Source: Nannocystis bainbridge (lineage in GTDB: Bacteria > Myxococcota_A > Polyangia > Nannocystales > Nannocystaceae). Taken from it: DNA of 64,000 bases. The position numbers were made by a program, and so were the translations under genes. Location: positions 1 to 64,000 of the forward strand of contig NZ_JAQNDL010000005.1 of the NCBI RefSeq assembly GCF_028368995.1, written 5' to 3'. Below, piece by piece: positions 8,895 to 19,336 of the stretch. The notes under the pieces are model-generated. The model was given only the letters and a program-made list of their open reading frames with translations. It had not been told where the DNA came from and did not search any database. Every line of letters begins with the position of its first letter. Within the stretch, counting starts at the first letter, position 1.

Positions 8895-11800
8895 TCAGCC
8901 GCCGAACATCATGTAGCCGAGCACGATCAGCACCACCCCGCCGATCGTCATCACCGCGATCGATCCGGCCGACATGCCCGGCACCACGTCGGGCAGCGTC
9001 TCGTCCTCGAGCGGCAGCGGCTGGGCGTGCAGCGGATGCACCGGCTGCGGCTGGACCGGCAACGGGCGGATCGGCAGCGAGCGCGACGACAGCACCTCGA
9101 CCAGCTGCGACTCGCCGTCGGACCCGATCACCTCGTGGACCTCGAGCGCCGAGAACACCTCCGACACCGCCGTCTCGCCGAGCGCCTCCGACTCCTCGGC
9201 GATCGCCGCGAACGCCTTGACCAGCGACACGCCCGGCGGCCCGGCGGGTGCCGGCGCGCCCGGGCTCGCCGGCGGCTCGGGCGGCTCGACCAGCACCACC
9301 GCGTCGCCGGCCAGCTCCTCGAGCGTGTCGACCTCGTCGACCTCCTCGATCTCGGCGATCTCGACCGACGAGTCGAGCGGCCCCATCGGCAAGGTCTTGC
9401 GCGGCTGCGCGGCGCGGCGCAGCGTCGAGGTCAGCACCGGCGGGCCGGCGGCCAGCATGGTGTCGGTGCGGCGGCCGGGCAGGATCGGGCCCGGCGGCAT
9501 CGGCTCGCGCCGGCCCACGGCCGCCGACAGGGCCTCGCCGAACTCCGCCGCGGTGCGGAACCGGTGCTCGCGGTTCCACGTGATCGCGGTGCGGATGACC
9601 ATGCGGATCGACTCGGGGACGCTCAGCTCGCCGATCAGCCGGTCGGTGTTGCGGATGACGTCCATCGTCAGGTCGCGCTCGTAGAACAGGAACGCCAGCG
9701 TCATCCCGAGCCCGTACACGTCGGCGCGGGCGTCGGCCTCGCTGGCCCGCTCCATCATCTCGGGCGCGGCGTAGATGACCGTGCCGAGCCCGCCCGCGGT
9801 CCCGCCGGTGGTGTCCTCGGCGCGCACCAGATCGAAGTCGGTGAGGTACGGCGAGAACTCGTCGGAGACCAGGATGTTGCTGGGCTTCACGTCGCGGTGG
9901 AAGATCCCGCGCTCGTGGGCGAACGCCAGCGCGTCGGCCACCGCCAGCAGGATCTGCAGGCGCCGCGTCACCGACAGCCGCCCCGTCATCACCGCGTCGC
10001 GCAGGTTGCCGCCCGACACGAACTGCATGGCGAAGTACTCGTACTCGCCGTCGCTCGCCGAGGGCTCGATGATCTTGACGATGTTGGGGTGCTCGATCTG
10101 CGCCATGATCCGCGCGCCGCGGAAGAAGCGCTCGCGCCGCTCGGCGTTGTGGACGTGCTGCGCGTGCAGCACCTTGAGCGCCACCTCGGTGTCCGTCGTC
10201 TGATCGAGCGCGCGCCAGACCGTGGCGAAGCCGCCGGCGCCGAGCTGGTCGAGCACCATGAAGCGCTCGTCGAGCACGTCGCCGCGGTGCAGCGGCCGGC
10301 CCATGCGCAGCGACCGGCGCAGCGACTTGATCTCCTCGTGGATCTCGCGCGTGTCCTCGCCGATCGCCTCGAGCCGGGCCTTGCGGACCCGCGCGGCCTC
10401 GATGCGCTGCTCGAGGTCGCGGATGTTGTCGAGCCGGGTGTCGCCGACCGGCAGGCCGATCTTGGTGCCGCCGCGCGGCGGGGCCGTCTGCGGCAGGCCG
10501 AGGCTGACGACCAGTTGGTCGCACACCTGCTCGAGCACGCGGTCGGCGTCGGCCGCCGCCAGGCGGTCGAGCGGCTGCGACGGGTCGCCGAGCGTGCGGA
10601 AATCGAGCAGGTCGGTGCCCTCGTAGGGCGTCTCGCTGACCATCAGCCACATCACCGGCAGCCCGCGCTCCTGGGCCATCACCACCAGCGAGTAGAGCTC
10701 GCCGCCGGGCGCCAGCTCCTCGCCGATGAAGCGCGGCGAGATCAGCAGGATCACCGCCCGCGCCCGCGCGAACGCCTCGGCCAGCACGTCGATGCGCGAC
10801 GCCTTCGACGACGAGTCGCCGGCGTTCCAGATCTCGAGCTGCGTGGTGTCGCGGTGGGACCGCAGGTGCTCGCGCAGGTGATCGAACCACCGGCGGTCGC
10901 CGCGGCCGTGGGCGATGATCACGTGGTCGCCCGGCGGCGCGACCGGCCGCGACGAGCTCAGGTCGGCGCGCCGCGCCGCCGGCACCTCCGAGTCGGACGG
11001 CGCGTGGGCCACCGCCTCGATCAGCGTCAACAGCCCCGAGCGCTCGGTCCGGCCGAACGAGTTGTCGGGCGAGTTGGCCGCGTACGCGCCCTCGAACGGC
11101 TCGAGCGCGGCCCGCAGCTCGAGGCACGAGGCGAACCGCTGCTCGCGGTCCTTGCAGAGGCAACGTTCGATGATCGCCGCCAGCTCGGCCGGCAGCCCGT
11201 GCACGCGCTCGGTGATCGGCATGTGCGGGAAGTGCAGGATCGCCGTCAGCACCGACGGCACGTCGGGCCCGGAGAACACCGGCACGCCGGCCAGCGCCCG
11301 GTACAAGATCGCCCCGATCGCCCAGATGTCGGTGCGCGGGTCGACGAACGCCGCGCCGCGGGCCTGCTCCGGCGACATGTACTCGGGCGTGCCCATGAAC
11401 AGGTCGGCGGCGGTGCGCGACTTGCTGGCGCCCGACGCGGCCGAGAACTTGGAGATCCCGAAGTCGAGCAGCTTGACCAGCACGCGGTCGTCGCCGATCT
11501 CGTGCAGGTAGATGTTCTCCGGCTTCATGTCGCGGTGGACGATGCCGGCGCGGTGGACCGCCTCGAGCCCGACCAGCGCCTGCCGCATCAGGTGCACCGC
11601 GAGGTCGGGCTGCAGCTGGCCCTCCTCGAGGATCCGCGACTCGAGCGAGCGCCCGGACAGCCGCTCGAGCACGATGTACGGCCCGTGCGCGCTGCTCTTG
11701 ACCAGGTCGAGCACGTCGCACACGTGCGGGTTGTGGACCCGCCCGGCCGCGGTCGCCTCCCAGAAGAACCGCGCGAGCACGGCCGGGTCGCTGACGACCT

Positions 11801-12023
11801 CGGCGCGCAGCGACTTGATCGCGACTTCCTTCTGCGTGTCGATGTTGCGGGCGTCCCACACCAGGCCGAAGCTGCCTTCGCCGATCAGGCGCTTGAGCCG
11901 GTACTTCTGGTCGAGCAGCACGACCTCGCCCGACGACGGGCAGACCTCGACGTCCTCGGCGTGCAGCTCGGCGCAGTACGGGCACTGCAGCGAGTCGCGC
12001 GCTTGCGGGAACATGTGCGTCAC
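8895..12023 (-). CDS. Tandem Ser/Thr kinase - TIR-like domain - Ser/Thr kinase with C-terminal TM
   Basis: Kinase 1 (GEGSFG, VAIK, HRDMKPEN, DFG); kinase 2 (GAGGFA, VALK, HRDVKPSN, DFD, APE); TIR-like segment between them; N-terminal CPYC...CP; alternative ATG at 12014. Confidence 0.88.
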   Translation of the reverse strand: MTHMFPQARDSLQCPYCAELHAEDVEVCPSSGEVVLLDQKYRLKRLIGEGSFGLVWDARNIDTQKEVAIKSLRAEVVSDPAVLARFFWEATAAGRVHNPHVCDVLDLVKSSAHGPYIVLERLSGRSLESRILEEGQLQPDLAVHLMRQALVGLEAVHRAGIVHRDMKPENIYLHEIGDDRVLVKLLDFGISKFSAASGASKSRTAADLFMGTPEYMSPEQARGAAFVDPRTDIWAIGAILYRALAGVPVFSGPDVPSVLTAILHFPHMPITERVHGLPAELAAIIERCLCKDREQRFASCLELRAALEPFEGAYAANSPDNSFGRTERSGLLTLIEAVAHAPSDSEVPAARRADLSSSRPVAPPGDHVIIAHGRGDRRWFDHLREHLRSHRDTTQLEIWNAGDSSSKASRIDVLAEAFARARAVILLISPRFIGEELAPGGELYSLVVMAQERGLPVMWLMVSETPYEGTDLLDFRTLGDPSQPLDRLAAADADRVLEQVCDQLVVSLGLPQTAPPRGGTKIGLPVGDTRLDNIRDLEQRIEAARVRKARLEAIGEDTREIHEEIKSLRRSLRMGRPLHRGDVLDERFMVLDQLGAGGFATVWRALDQTTDTEVALKVLHAQHVHNAERRERFFRGARIMAQIEHPNIVKIIEPSASDGEYEYFAMQFVSGGNLRDAVMTGRLSVTRRLQILLAVADALAFAHERGIFHRDVKPSNILVSDEFSPYLTDFDLVRAEDTTGGTAGGLGTVIYAAPEMMERASEADARADVYGLGMTLAFLFYERDLTMDVIRNTDRLIGELSVPESIRMVIRTAITWNREHRFRTAAEFGEALSAAVGRREPMPPGPILPGRRTDTMLAAGPPVLTSTLRRAAQPRKTLPMGPLDSSVEIAEIEEVDEVDTLEELAGDAVVLVEPPEPPASPGAPAPAGPPGVSLVKAFAAIAEESEALGETAVSEVFSALEVHEVIGSDGESQLVEVLSSRSLPIRPLPVQPQPVHPLHAQPLPLEDETLPDVVPGMSAGSIAVMTIGGVVLIVLGYMMFGG

Positions 12024-12693
12024 GACGGGGAGCCCTCGCGCGCAGGTGCGGCGCCGAACGCCCGCGCTGCGGTGCCGGGGCGGAAAGCCCCCACACGCAG
12101 CGAGGTCCCGGGTGAGCTCGGCAGCATCGCCGCGGATTGTATACCAACGCGTGGGGCCTCGGGCGCAGCGTCGGGCGCTGCAGGCGCGTCACGGACGACG
12201 GACCCGGCGATGCCCGACGCTGCGAGATCCTGGCGATCGCAGACGGGGCGAACTCCGCCCCTGCGCGACCGTTCGCTGCCGGCGCGGCTGCGAGCGCCCA
12301 TGCGCGCACACGATCCCACCCGTGAAAGCCCGCAGGGTCGCCCTGGTGGGGTCGCAGCGGCCTCACCGCGTGGACCGGAGGCCCCGCCCGGCGCCTCGAC
12401 TCCGGCCATTGCCGCGGCGGATCATTGCGCATTGTCGGCGGCCGATATTCGCTCCGCCAATGACATGACCACGCCGCGATCACCCGCTCCGCGGCCTCCC
12501 GACCCCGCGCCGGCGGCCCGCGCGAGCCGTGCGATCGGCAGCGCCGGCAGATCGGCCTCGATCGCCCCGCAGACCGCGTCCATGGCCATGGACTCGCCGG
12601 CAAATCACCGCCGCAGCGCCGGCGAACCACTCGCTCGCACAAAGTCAAGCGCAGCCGCGGCGGGCTGGATCTCTCGCGGCGAGACGCGCGGGC

Positions 12694-15600
12694 CTACCGC
12701 TTCTTGTTCGCCGGCGTCGGTTTGCTCTCGGCGATCTGCGCCAGTTCGGCCAGCGCCGCCACCGCGACCTTGAGCTGCGTGCGGCGATCGGGCCCGCGGG
12801 CCTCGGGCACCGTCGCCACCACGCGGTCGCCTTGCAGCTTGAACTTGCCGTGCGTGCTCGCGCCCAGGCGACCGGCTGTCTCTCCGGACAGGGGCGTGTC
12901 GGGCCCGAGGCGGACCGCCAGGCGCGTGGCCTTGAGCTCGACCGCCAGCGCGCCGAGGCGGCGGCCGTAGGTCTTGCAGATCATCACCAGCCCGAGGTGC
13001 TCCGCCTCGAGCGGGGCTTCGCCGTAGCGGTCGATGATCTCGCTCATCACGTCCTCGACCGCATCGCGGTCGCGGGCCGCCGACAGCCGGCGGTACAGGT
13101 CGAGGCGCTGGCCGACGTCGCGGACGTACGCCTCCGGCAGGTAGGCCGGGCTGTCGAACGCGATCTCCGGATCGGTCTCCCGGAGGATCGGCTCGCCGCG
13201 CAGCTCGGCCACCGCCTCTTGCAGGATCCGCGCGTAGGCGTCGAACCCGATCGCCTGGATCTGCCCGCTCTGGCGCGCCCCCAGCAGCTCGCCGGCGCCG
13301 CGGATCTCGAGGTCGTGGACCGCCACGCCGAAGCCCGAGCCGAGCTCCGCGTGGCGCTGGATCGCCTCGAGCCGGCGGCGCGCCTCGGGGGCCAGCCGCT
13401 CGAGCGCCTGCACCATCAGGTAGCAGTGGGCGCGCTGCTTGCTGCGGCCGACGCGGCCGCGCAGCTGGTACAGCTGGGCCAGGCCGAACTGGTCGGCGTG
13501 GGCGATGAACATCGTGTTGGCGCGCGGGATGTCGAGCCCGCTCTCGATGATCGTCGTCGACACCAGCACGTCGGCGCGGTGCTCGACGAACTCGAGCATC
13601 GTCCGCTCGAGCATCTCCTCCGGCATCTGGCCGTGGGCGACCAGCACGCGGGCGTGCGGCACCAGCTCGCGGATCCGGACCGCGTGCTCCTCGATGCCGA
13701 GGATCTTCGGCACCACGTAGAACACCTGCCCGCCGCGGGCCAGCTCGCGGGTGATGCCCTCCTCGATCACCGCGTCGCCGATCCGGACGATGGCGGTCCT
13801 CACGGCCAGGCGGTCGATCGGCGGCGTGCGGATCATGCTGATCTCGCGCATGCCGAGCAGCGACATGTGCAGCGTGCGCGGGATCGGCGTGGCCGACATC
13901 GTCAGCACGTCGACCTGGGCCTTGAACTTCTTGAACCGCTCCTTCTGGGCCACCCCGAACCGCTGCTCCTCGTCGATCACGAGCAGGCCGAGGTCCTTGA
14001 AGCGCACGTCCTTGCCGAGCAGGCGGTGGGTGCCGATCACCACGTCGACCTCGCCGCTGGCGATGCCCTCGATCACGCGCCTCTGCTGGCGGTCGCTGGC
14101 GAAGCGGTTCAGCACCTCGACGCGCAGGTCGAACGGCGTCAGCCGCTCGCGGAAGGTGATCCCGTGCTGTTGCACGAGCACCGTCGTCGGCGCCAGCACG
14201 GCCACCTGGCGGCCGTTCTGGGCCACGCGGAAGGCTGCCCGCAGCGCGACCTCGGTCTTGCCGAAGCCGACGTCGCCGCAGATCAGGCGGTCCATCGGGC
14301 GGGCGCGGCCGAGGTCGCCCTGGACCGAGTCGATCGCCGTCTCCTGGTCGGGCGTCTCCTGGAACGGGAAGCTGTCGGCGAACGACTGGTCGTACTCGTC
14401 GGGGCCGGGGTAGGCGGTCCCGGGCGTCGCCTCGCGCTGGGCGTAGATCTGCAGCAGCTCCTCGGCCATCTGCCGCACCTCGGTCTTGACCTTGTTGGCC
14501 TTGACCAGGAAGGTGCTGCCGCCCATCTTGTCGAGCTTCGGCGGCTTGCCCTCGGCGGCCACGTAGCGCTCGATCTCCGACAGGCGGTAGACCGGCAGGT
14601 ACAGCTTGTCGCCGCCCGCGTACTCGAGCTGCACGTAATCGCCCGGCGCCCCGCCGAGCTGCAGCTGCACCAGCCCGACGTAGCGGCCGACGCCGTGCTG
14701 CAGGTGGACCACGTAGTCGCCGACCCCGAGCTGCGACAGGCTCGACAGGCCGGTGCGTCGGCGCGACTGGGCCCGCCGCGTCGACTTGCCGAACAGGTCG
14801 TACTCCGACAGCACCAGCAGCCGCGCCGCCGGGTAGTCGAAGCCCTCGCTGAGCTCGCCGACCGCCACCTGCACGCGCGTGCCCGCGGTCGTCGGCGCCC
14901 GCAGGTCGATCGGCGCCAGCTCGGGCGCCAGCGCCTCGGGGGCCAGGCCGTGGCCGCGCAGCGCCCCGACCAGGCGGTCGACCTGGGCCCGCCCCGGCAC
15001 CACCAGCAGCACCGTCCACGGCAGCAGCTCGCCGAGGTCGCCGGCGGCCGCCGGCGTGTCGGTCTGCAGCGCCCGGATCTGCTCGACCAGCGGGCGCATC
15101 GCCTCGCCGCTGCGGTCGGCCCGCGACGCCTCGAGCGCGGTCCGCAGCGGCTTGTTCGAGCCGACCTGCAGCCATACCGCCGGCCGCTCCTCGCCTGCCT
15201 GTTTGGACATGCCCTTGCGGGCATGCCCCTTCGGACCTGCCCCTTCGGACCTGTCCCCGGATTCAGATGATTCGCCCGGCTCGCCCTCGATCAGCAGCCG
15301 GGTCAGCACGATCGGCGCCGCGCGCAGGCGGCGGCCGAGGTCGGCGGCGGGCACGAAGAACTGCTCGGGCGGGGCGATCACGCCGCGCTCGGCGAGGGCG
15401 CGGCCGTGCTGCTCGTCCAGCTCTTGGGCCTGCTCCTCGGCGACCTGCTGCAGCGCGTCGGGCTCCTCGACGACCCATCGGGTGCCGCGCGGCAGGTAGT
15501 CCCACAGCGGCGCCATGCCGTCGTGGAAGATCGGGGTCAGCGCCTCGACGCCGAAGAACTCGAGGCCCTGCTCGAGGTTGTCGACGATCTGCCGGCTCTT

Positions 15601-16410
15601 GCTCGACGGCGCCAGCGCGGCGTCGGCGAGCGCCAGCACCCGCGTACGCAGCGAGGCCGCGGTGGTCGCCACCGTCTCGCGCACCGGGTGGATCGCCACC
15701 GAGGTGACCGCCCGCAGGCTGCGCTGCGACTCGGGGTCGAACAGGCGCAGGCGCTCGATCATGTCGTCGTCGAACTCGACGCGGGTCGGGAACCGCGAGC
15801 AGCCGACGAACAGGTCGATCACGCCGCCGCGGACCGCGTAGGTGCCCGGGTCCTCGACCACGTCGACGCGGGTGTAGCCGGCCCGCTGCAGCGCCGCGAT
15901 CGCGGCCTCGCGCGGCAGCTCGTCGCCCTCGCCCCAGCGCGTGCAGAGATCGAGGAATTGCGGCGGCGGGATCACCCGCCGACGCAGCGAATGGACGCTG
16001 GCGACGATCAGCTTGGGCGGCTCGGCGTGGCGATCGACGAGCCGGTACAGCGCCGCCAGCCGCAGCGCCATGGTCCGCGGGTCGGCGGCGGCGTCGGCGT
16101 ACGGCGAGGTGTCGAGCTCCGGCACCACCAGCACCGGGCCGTCGCCGGCCTCGCGCAGCGGAGCGCCGAGGAAGAACGCGGCGTCGCCGGCCAGGGCCCG
16201 CGCGCTGGCCTCGTCCGGCGCGACCGTGAACACCGGAGCCTCCGCCCGACTGGCCGCCATCGCCAGCGCGTAGCCGCGGAACCCGCCGACGGCGCCGACG
16301 ACCCGCACGTCGCTGGCCTCGCGCACCGCCGTGAGCACGCGCTCCAGCGGATCGCCGGGGACGACGGAGGCGGCGCGCTGCGAGGCGGGGGCGGCAGGAC
16401 GGTCGGGCAC
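12694..16410 (-). CDS. mfd: Transcription-repair coupling factor Mfd
   Basis: GDYVVHLQHGVGRY (RID), CGDVGFGKTEVA, DEEQRFG, SATPIPRT, QLRGRVGR, HDLEIRGAG; start approximate. Confidence 0.97.
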   Translation of the reverse strand: MPDRPAAPASQRAASVVPGDPLERVLTAVREASDVRVVGAVGGFRGYALAMAASRAEAPVFTVAPDEASARALAGDAAFFLGAPLREAGDGPVLVVPELDTSPYADAAADPRTMALRLAALYRLVDRHAEPPKLIVASVHSLRRRVIPPPQFLDLCTRWGEGDELPREAAIAALQRAGYTRVDVVEDPGTYAVRGGVIDLFVGCSRFPTRVEFDDDMIERLRLFDPESQRSLRAVTSVAIHPVRETVATTAASLRTRVLALADAALAPSSKSRQIVDNLEQGLEFFGVEALTPIFHDGMAPLWDYLPRGTRWVVEEPDALQQVAEEQAQELDEQHGRALAERGVIAPPEQFFVPAADLGRRLRAAPIVLTRLLIEGEPGESSESGDRSEGAGPKGHARKGMSKQAGEERPAVWLQVGSNKPLRTALEASRADRSGEAMRPLVEQIRALQTDTPAAAGDLGELLPWTVLLVVPGRAQVDRLVGALRGHGLAPEALAPELAPIDLRAPTTAGTRVQVAVGELSEGFDYPAARLLVLSEYDLFGKSTRRAQSRRRTGLSSLSQLGVGDYVVHLQHGVGRYVGLVQLQLGGAPGDYVQLEYAGGDKLYLPVYRLSEIERYVAAEGKPPKLDKMGGSTFLVKANKVKTEVRQMAEELLQIYAQREATPGTAYPGPDEYDQSFADSFPFQETPDQETAIDSVQGDLGRARPMDRLICGDVGFGKTEVALRAAFRVAQNGRQVAVLAPTTVLVQQHGITFRERLTPFDLRVEVLNRFASDRQQRRVIEGIASGEVDVVIGTHRLLGKDVRFKDLGLLVIDEEQRFGVAQKERFKKFKAQVDVLTMSATPIPRTLHMSLLGMREISMIRTPPIDRLAVRTAIVRIGDAVIEEGITRELARGGQVFYVVPKILGIEEHAVRIRELVPHARVLVAHGQMPEEMLERTMLEFVEHRADVLVSTTIIESGLDIPRANTMFIAHADQFGLAQLYQLRGRVGRSKQRAHCYLMVQALERLAPEARRRLEAIQRHAELGSGFGVAVHDLEIRGAGELLGARQSGQIQAIGFDAYARILQEAVAELRGEPILRETDPEIAFDSPAYLPEAYVRDVGQRLDLYRRLSAARDRDAVEDVMSEIIDRYGEAPLEAEHLGLVMICKTYGRRLGALAVELKATRLAVRLGPDTPLSGETAGRLGASTHGKFKLQGDRVVATVPEARGPDRRTQLKVAVAALAELAQIAESKPTPANKKR
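15196..15251. repeat. Four in-phase 14-bp units inside mfd
   Basis: Includes two identical TGCCCCTTCGGACC units (15224-15237, 15238-15251). Confidence 0.85.
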
Positions 16411-16464
16411 GACGGAGCCGCGGGAGGGTAGCGGCGCCGCCTCGCCCCCGCTACCCTGCTCGTC

Positions 16465-17922
16465 GTGTTGCGTCGCACTGCCCCGCGAACCCGCCGTGAG
16501 TCTGCGCCGCCGCAGGACCGCGAAGATGAGCTCCCGTCGCTGCCCCGTCCTCGGACGACCGACCTCATCCGCGAACCTGCGCCGCGTCTCGCAGGGGCGC
16601 GTCGCCTCGGCGCCGCCCTCGCGCTGATCGCCCCGCTGGCCTGCGGACACGGCGCTCCGAGCGGTCCGGCGGTGGCGGCCGATCCGGACACGACCAGTCC
16701 TTCCGGACATGCCCCTCCGGCCAGCCAGGCCACGACGACCGCCGGCGGCATGTCGCAGCCGCGGGCCGAGGCGCTCACCAAGAAGATCATGGAGGCGGTG
16801 GCGGCCGCCCGCGGCCTGCCGATCACCGGCGGGGTGGCGGTCGAGGTGCTGAGCCGCGGCGACGTGCGCCTGTTCGCCGAGAAGTCGATGTACGAGCACC
16901 ACAGCCGCGACGAGATCCGGCTGTTCACCCGCATCGAGGCCAGCCTCGGGGTGCTGCCGCCCGGGGCCGACGGCGAGCAGATCCTGCTCGACATGCTCGA
17001 GCTCGGCGTGATGGGCATCTACGAGCCGAAGAAGAAGGCGATGCTGATCGGCACCCACGTCAGCGAGGCGCAGCTCGACATGGTGGTGGGCCACGAGATC
17101 GCCCACGGCCTGCAAGACATGCACTTCGATCTGCTGCGCCTGCAGAAGCCGATCCCGGGCGACAGCGACGCCGAGACGGCGCGCACGTTCCTGGTCGAGG
17201 GCGACGCGCAGGCGGCCTATCTCGCCTGGGTGTCCGGTCCCACCGGGCTGTCGGCGATCCCACCCGAGGTGCTGGCGACGGTCGGCGACCAGGCCCTGAG
17301 CCTGTCGTCGATGCTCGACCACCCGATCCTCAACCGCTCGCTGCAATTGCCGTACGCCGACGGGGCGGCGACGGTGGCGGCGTTGGTCCGCGAGAAGGGC
17401 TGGGCGGCCGTCGACGCGCTCTACAAGGACCTGCCGACGACCAGCGAGCAGATGCTCCACGTCGACAAGCTGATCGCCCGCGAGCCGGCGATCGCGGTCA
17501 AGGCCGAGCCCACGGCGCTGGCCGCCGCGCTGCCCGGGCACGCGCTGGTCTGGCAAGACACCCTGGGCGAGTCGACGCTGCTGTGCATGCTGGCGGACTC
17601 GGTGCCGACGAGCGACGCGCGCGCGGCCGCGGCCGGCTGGGGCGGCGACCACCTGCTGGTGTTCGACCGCAAGGCCGGTCCCGAGGTGCTTCCGCTGGTG
17701 ATCGGGATGATCGCGTGGGACTCGGAGGCGGACGCCCGCGAGTTCGAGGCGGCCTTTTCCAAATACCTGATGGAGAAGATGCCGACGACGTCGCTGGTCC
17801 GCCGCCGCAACGACCGGGTGCTGTTCGCCACGGGGATCCCTCAAGGCCTCGGCGGGGCGCTCGACCCGGCGGCCTGGAGCGCGTTCCCGGCCCAGCCGCG
17901 CGCGAAGAAGCAGGCCTCTTAG
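16465..17922 (+). CDS. Lipoprotein with HEXXH zincin-like metallopeptidase motif
   Basis: Lipobox ALALIAPLAC; GHEIAHGLQD...EGDA; start uncertain. Confidence 0.75.
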   Translation: MLRRTAPRTRRESAPPQDREDELPSLPRPRTTDLIREPAPRLAGARRLGAALALIAPLACGHGAPSGPAVAADPDTTSPSGHAPPASQATTTAGGMSQPRAEALTKKIMEAVAAARGLPITGGVAVEVLSRGDVRLFAEKSMYEHHSRDEIRLFTRIEASLGVLPPGADGEQILLDMLELGVMGIYEPKKKAMLIGTHVSEAQLDMVVGHEIAHGLQDMHFDLLRLQKPIPGDSDAETARTFLVEGDAQAAYLAWVSGPTGLSAIPPEVLATVGDQALSLSSMLDHPILNRSLQLPYADGAATVAALVREKGWAAVDALYKDLPTTSEQMLHVDKLIAREPAIAVKAEPTALAAALPGHALVWQDTLGESTLLCMLADSVPTSDARAAAAGWGGDHLLVFDRKAGPEVLPLVIGMIAWDSEADAREFEAAFSKYLMEKMPTTSLVRRRNDRVLFATGIPQGLGGALDPAAWSAFPAQPRAKKQAS

Positions 17923-17982
17923 GACATGCCCCTCGGGGCATGTGCTCCGGGACATGTACTCGGGAGCATGTCCCTCGGGTCA
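17913..17982. repeat. Array of five 14-bp palindromic units
   Basis: CATG at 17925, 17939, 17953, 17967, 17981. Confidence 0.9.
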
Positions 17983-18170
17983 TGAACATCAGCGGCGGCA
18001 GGAAGAACCCGGCCGTCGATCGGCGCACCGAGCCCGATCGACGTCTGCACGTCGCGGTAGAGCGTGCGTACCGACACGCCCTGCGCCTCCGCCATTTGCG
18101 CGGCCGAGACCGGGTGCCGGTGGCGGCGGAGCGCGTCCAGGACCGCGAAGAGCCGCTGGGTCCTGTCCAT
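17981..18170 (-). pseudogene. Truncated, frameshifted YafY/WYL-family HTH regulator remnant
   Basis: MDRTQRLFAVLDALRRHRHPVSAAQMAEAQGVSVRTLYRDV..GAPIDG, then GFFLPPLMF in another frame; WYL domain absent. Confidence 0.75.
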
Positions 18171-18433
18171 CGCCCGGACCCTCGCAGGGCTGTCGAGGGC
18201 GGCGCGCGATGCGGGCCGTGCCTCCGCGGCCGCACCAGCGCCCGGCGGCGCCGGACCGCCTCGCCGGCCGCGATCCGCAGGTATGGCACGGGTCCATCGC
18301 TCGCGCACGCCGCCACGATCGCGCATTCGCCGTCGTGGGCGCGCTCGCGGCCCCGGCGACCGAAAGCAGCGAATGTGAGAGGAGCCCACGTGCCGACCTG
18401 CGTCATCCGACTATGCCCTCGCTCAGGAGACTC

Positions 18434-19207
18434 ATGGCCACTCACGTCATCTACAAGATCGGCCCGTTCAGCCTGCCCAAGTTCGCCGGCGAGCGTCACG
18501 TCCGCGTGTATCTCCCGACCGAGCGCAACGACGGCTCACCGCTGCCGGTGCTCTACATCTTCGACGGACAGAACATCTTCCACGACGACCCCTCGATGGC
18601 AGGAGGCTGGTATCTGCACCACGCCGCGCACGACCTGCACGCCGTGGGCAAGCCGGCGCCCGTGATCGTCGGCATCGATCACGGCGGCGTCGACCGGATC
18701 CACGAGCTGTCGCCGTTCCCGTGGGAGGACAGCCGCGGCGAGGCCGATCACCTGATCGACTGGCTGACGGACGAGCTGGTCCCGCGGATCCAGCGCGAGT
18801 TCTCGGTCCGCGACGACGTCGCCGGCACCGCGATCGGCGGCTCGTCGATGGGCGGTCTCGCCGCCCTCTACGCCCACTTCCGCCGCTCCGACATCTTCGG
18901 CGCCGCGCTCTGTATGTCCCCCTCGCTGTGGGTCGCCGAGCGCAAGATCTACGACCGCATCGCCGAACTCCCGCGCCCCCTCACCTCGCGGATCTACGTC
19001 GACGCCGGCGCCCACGAGGGCGACATGCTGTCCGACGCCGAACGCCTGGTGGCCCAGCTCCAGTCCTCCGGCTACAGCGACGACGAGCTGATGTGGCGCC
19101 CCGATCCGTACGGCGCCCACTCTGAACACCACTGGCGCAAGCGCGCCCCCGAAGCCCTCGAGTGGCTGTTCACGCCGCGCGCCGACGTCACCCGCTCGGC
19201 CGCGTGA
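18434..19207 (+). CDS. Alpha/beta hydrolase, putative esterase (Fes/IroE-like)
   Basis: RBS AGGAG; PVLYIFDGQN, GGSSMGG nucleophile elbow, HSEHHW. Confidence 0.88.
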   Translation: MATHVIYKIGPFSLPKFAGERHVRVYLPTERNDGSPLPVLYIFDGQNIFHDDPSMAGGWYLHHAAHDLHAVGKPAPVIVGIDHGGVDRIHELSPFPWEDSRGEADHLIDWLTDELVPRIQREFSVRDDVAGTAIGGSSMGGLAALYAHFRRSDIFGAALCMSPSLWVAERKIYDRIAELPRPLTSRIYVDAGAHEGDMLSDAERLVAQLQSSGYSDDELMWRPDPYGAHSEHHWRKRAPEALEWLFTPRADVTRSAA

Positions 19208-19213
19208 CCCGCC

Positions 19214-19283
19214 TGCCCGCAAGGGCATGCTCTTTAAAGCATAGCCTCGAGGACATGTTCATTAGAACATGTCCTTGAGGCTA
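19214..19283. repeat. Array of five 14-bp palindromic units
   Basis: Junctions at 19226, 19240, 19254, 19268. Confidence 0.85.
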
Positions 19284-19336
19284 TTTGGTGCGCGACCAGC
19301 GTCCGGGCCACATCGGGGCGCGCGAGCACGGGCGTC

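Noticed and set aside
12020-12127. 35-aa leaderless uORF whose stop overlaps the kinase-TIR-kinase GTG
   Set aside because: Plausible TACAAT box, but no coding signature; could be chance.
8541-12773. Long antisense or alternate-frame ORFs (e.g. 8541-12773, 48218-53359, 34647-38348, 34270-38205)
   Set aside because: Shadow ORFs of high-GC genes, Arg/Ala/Pro-rich with no family motifs.
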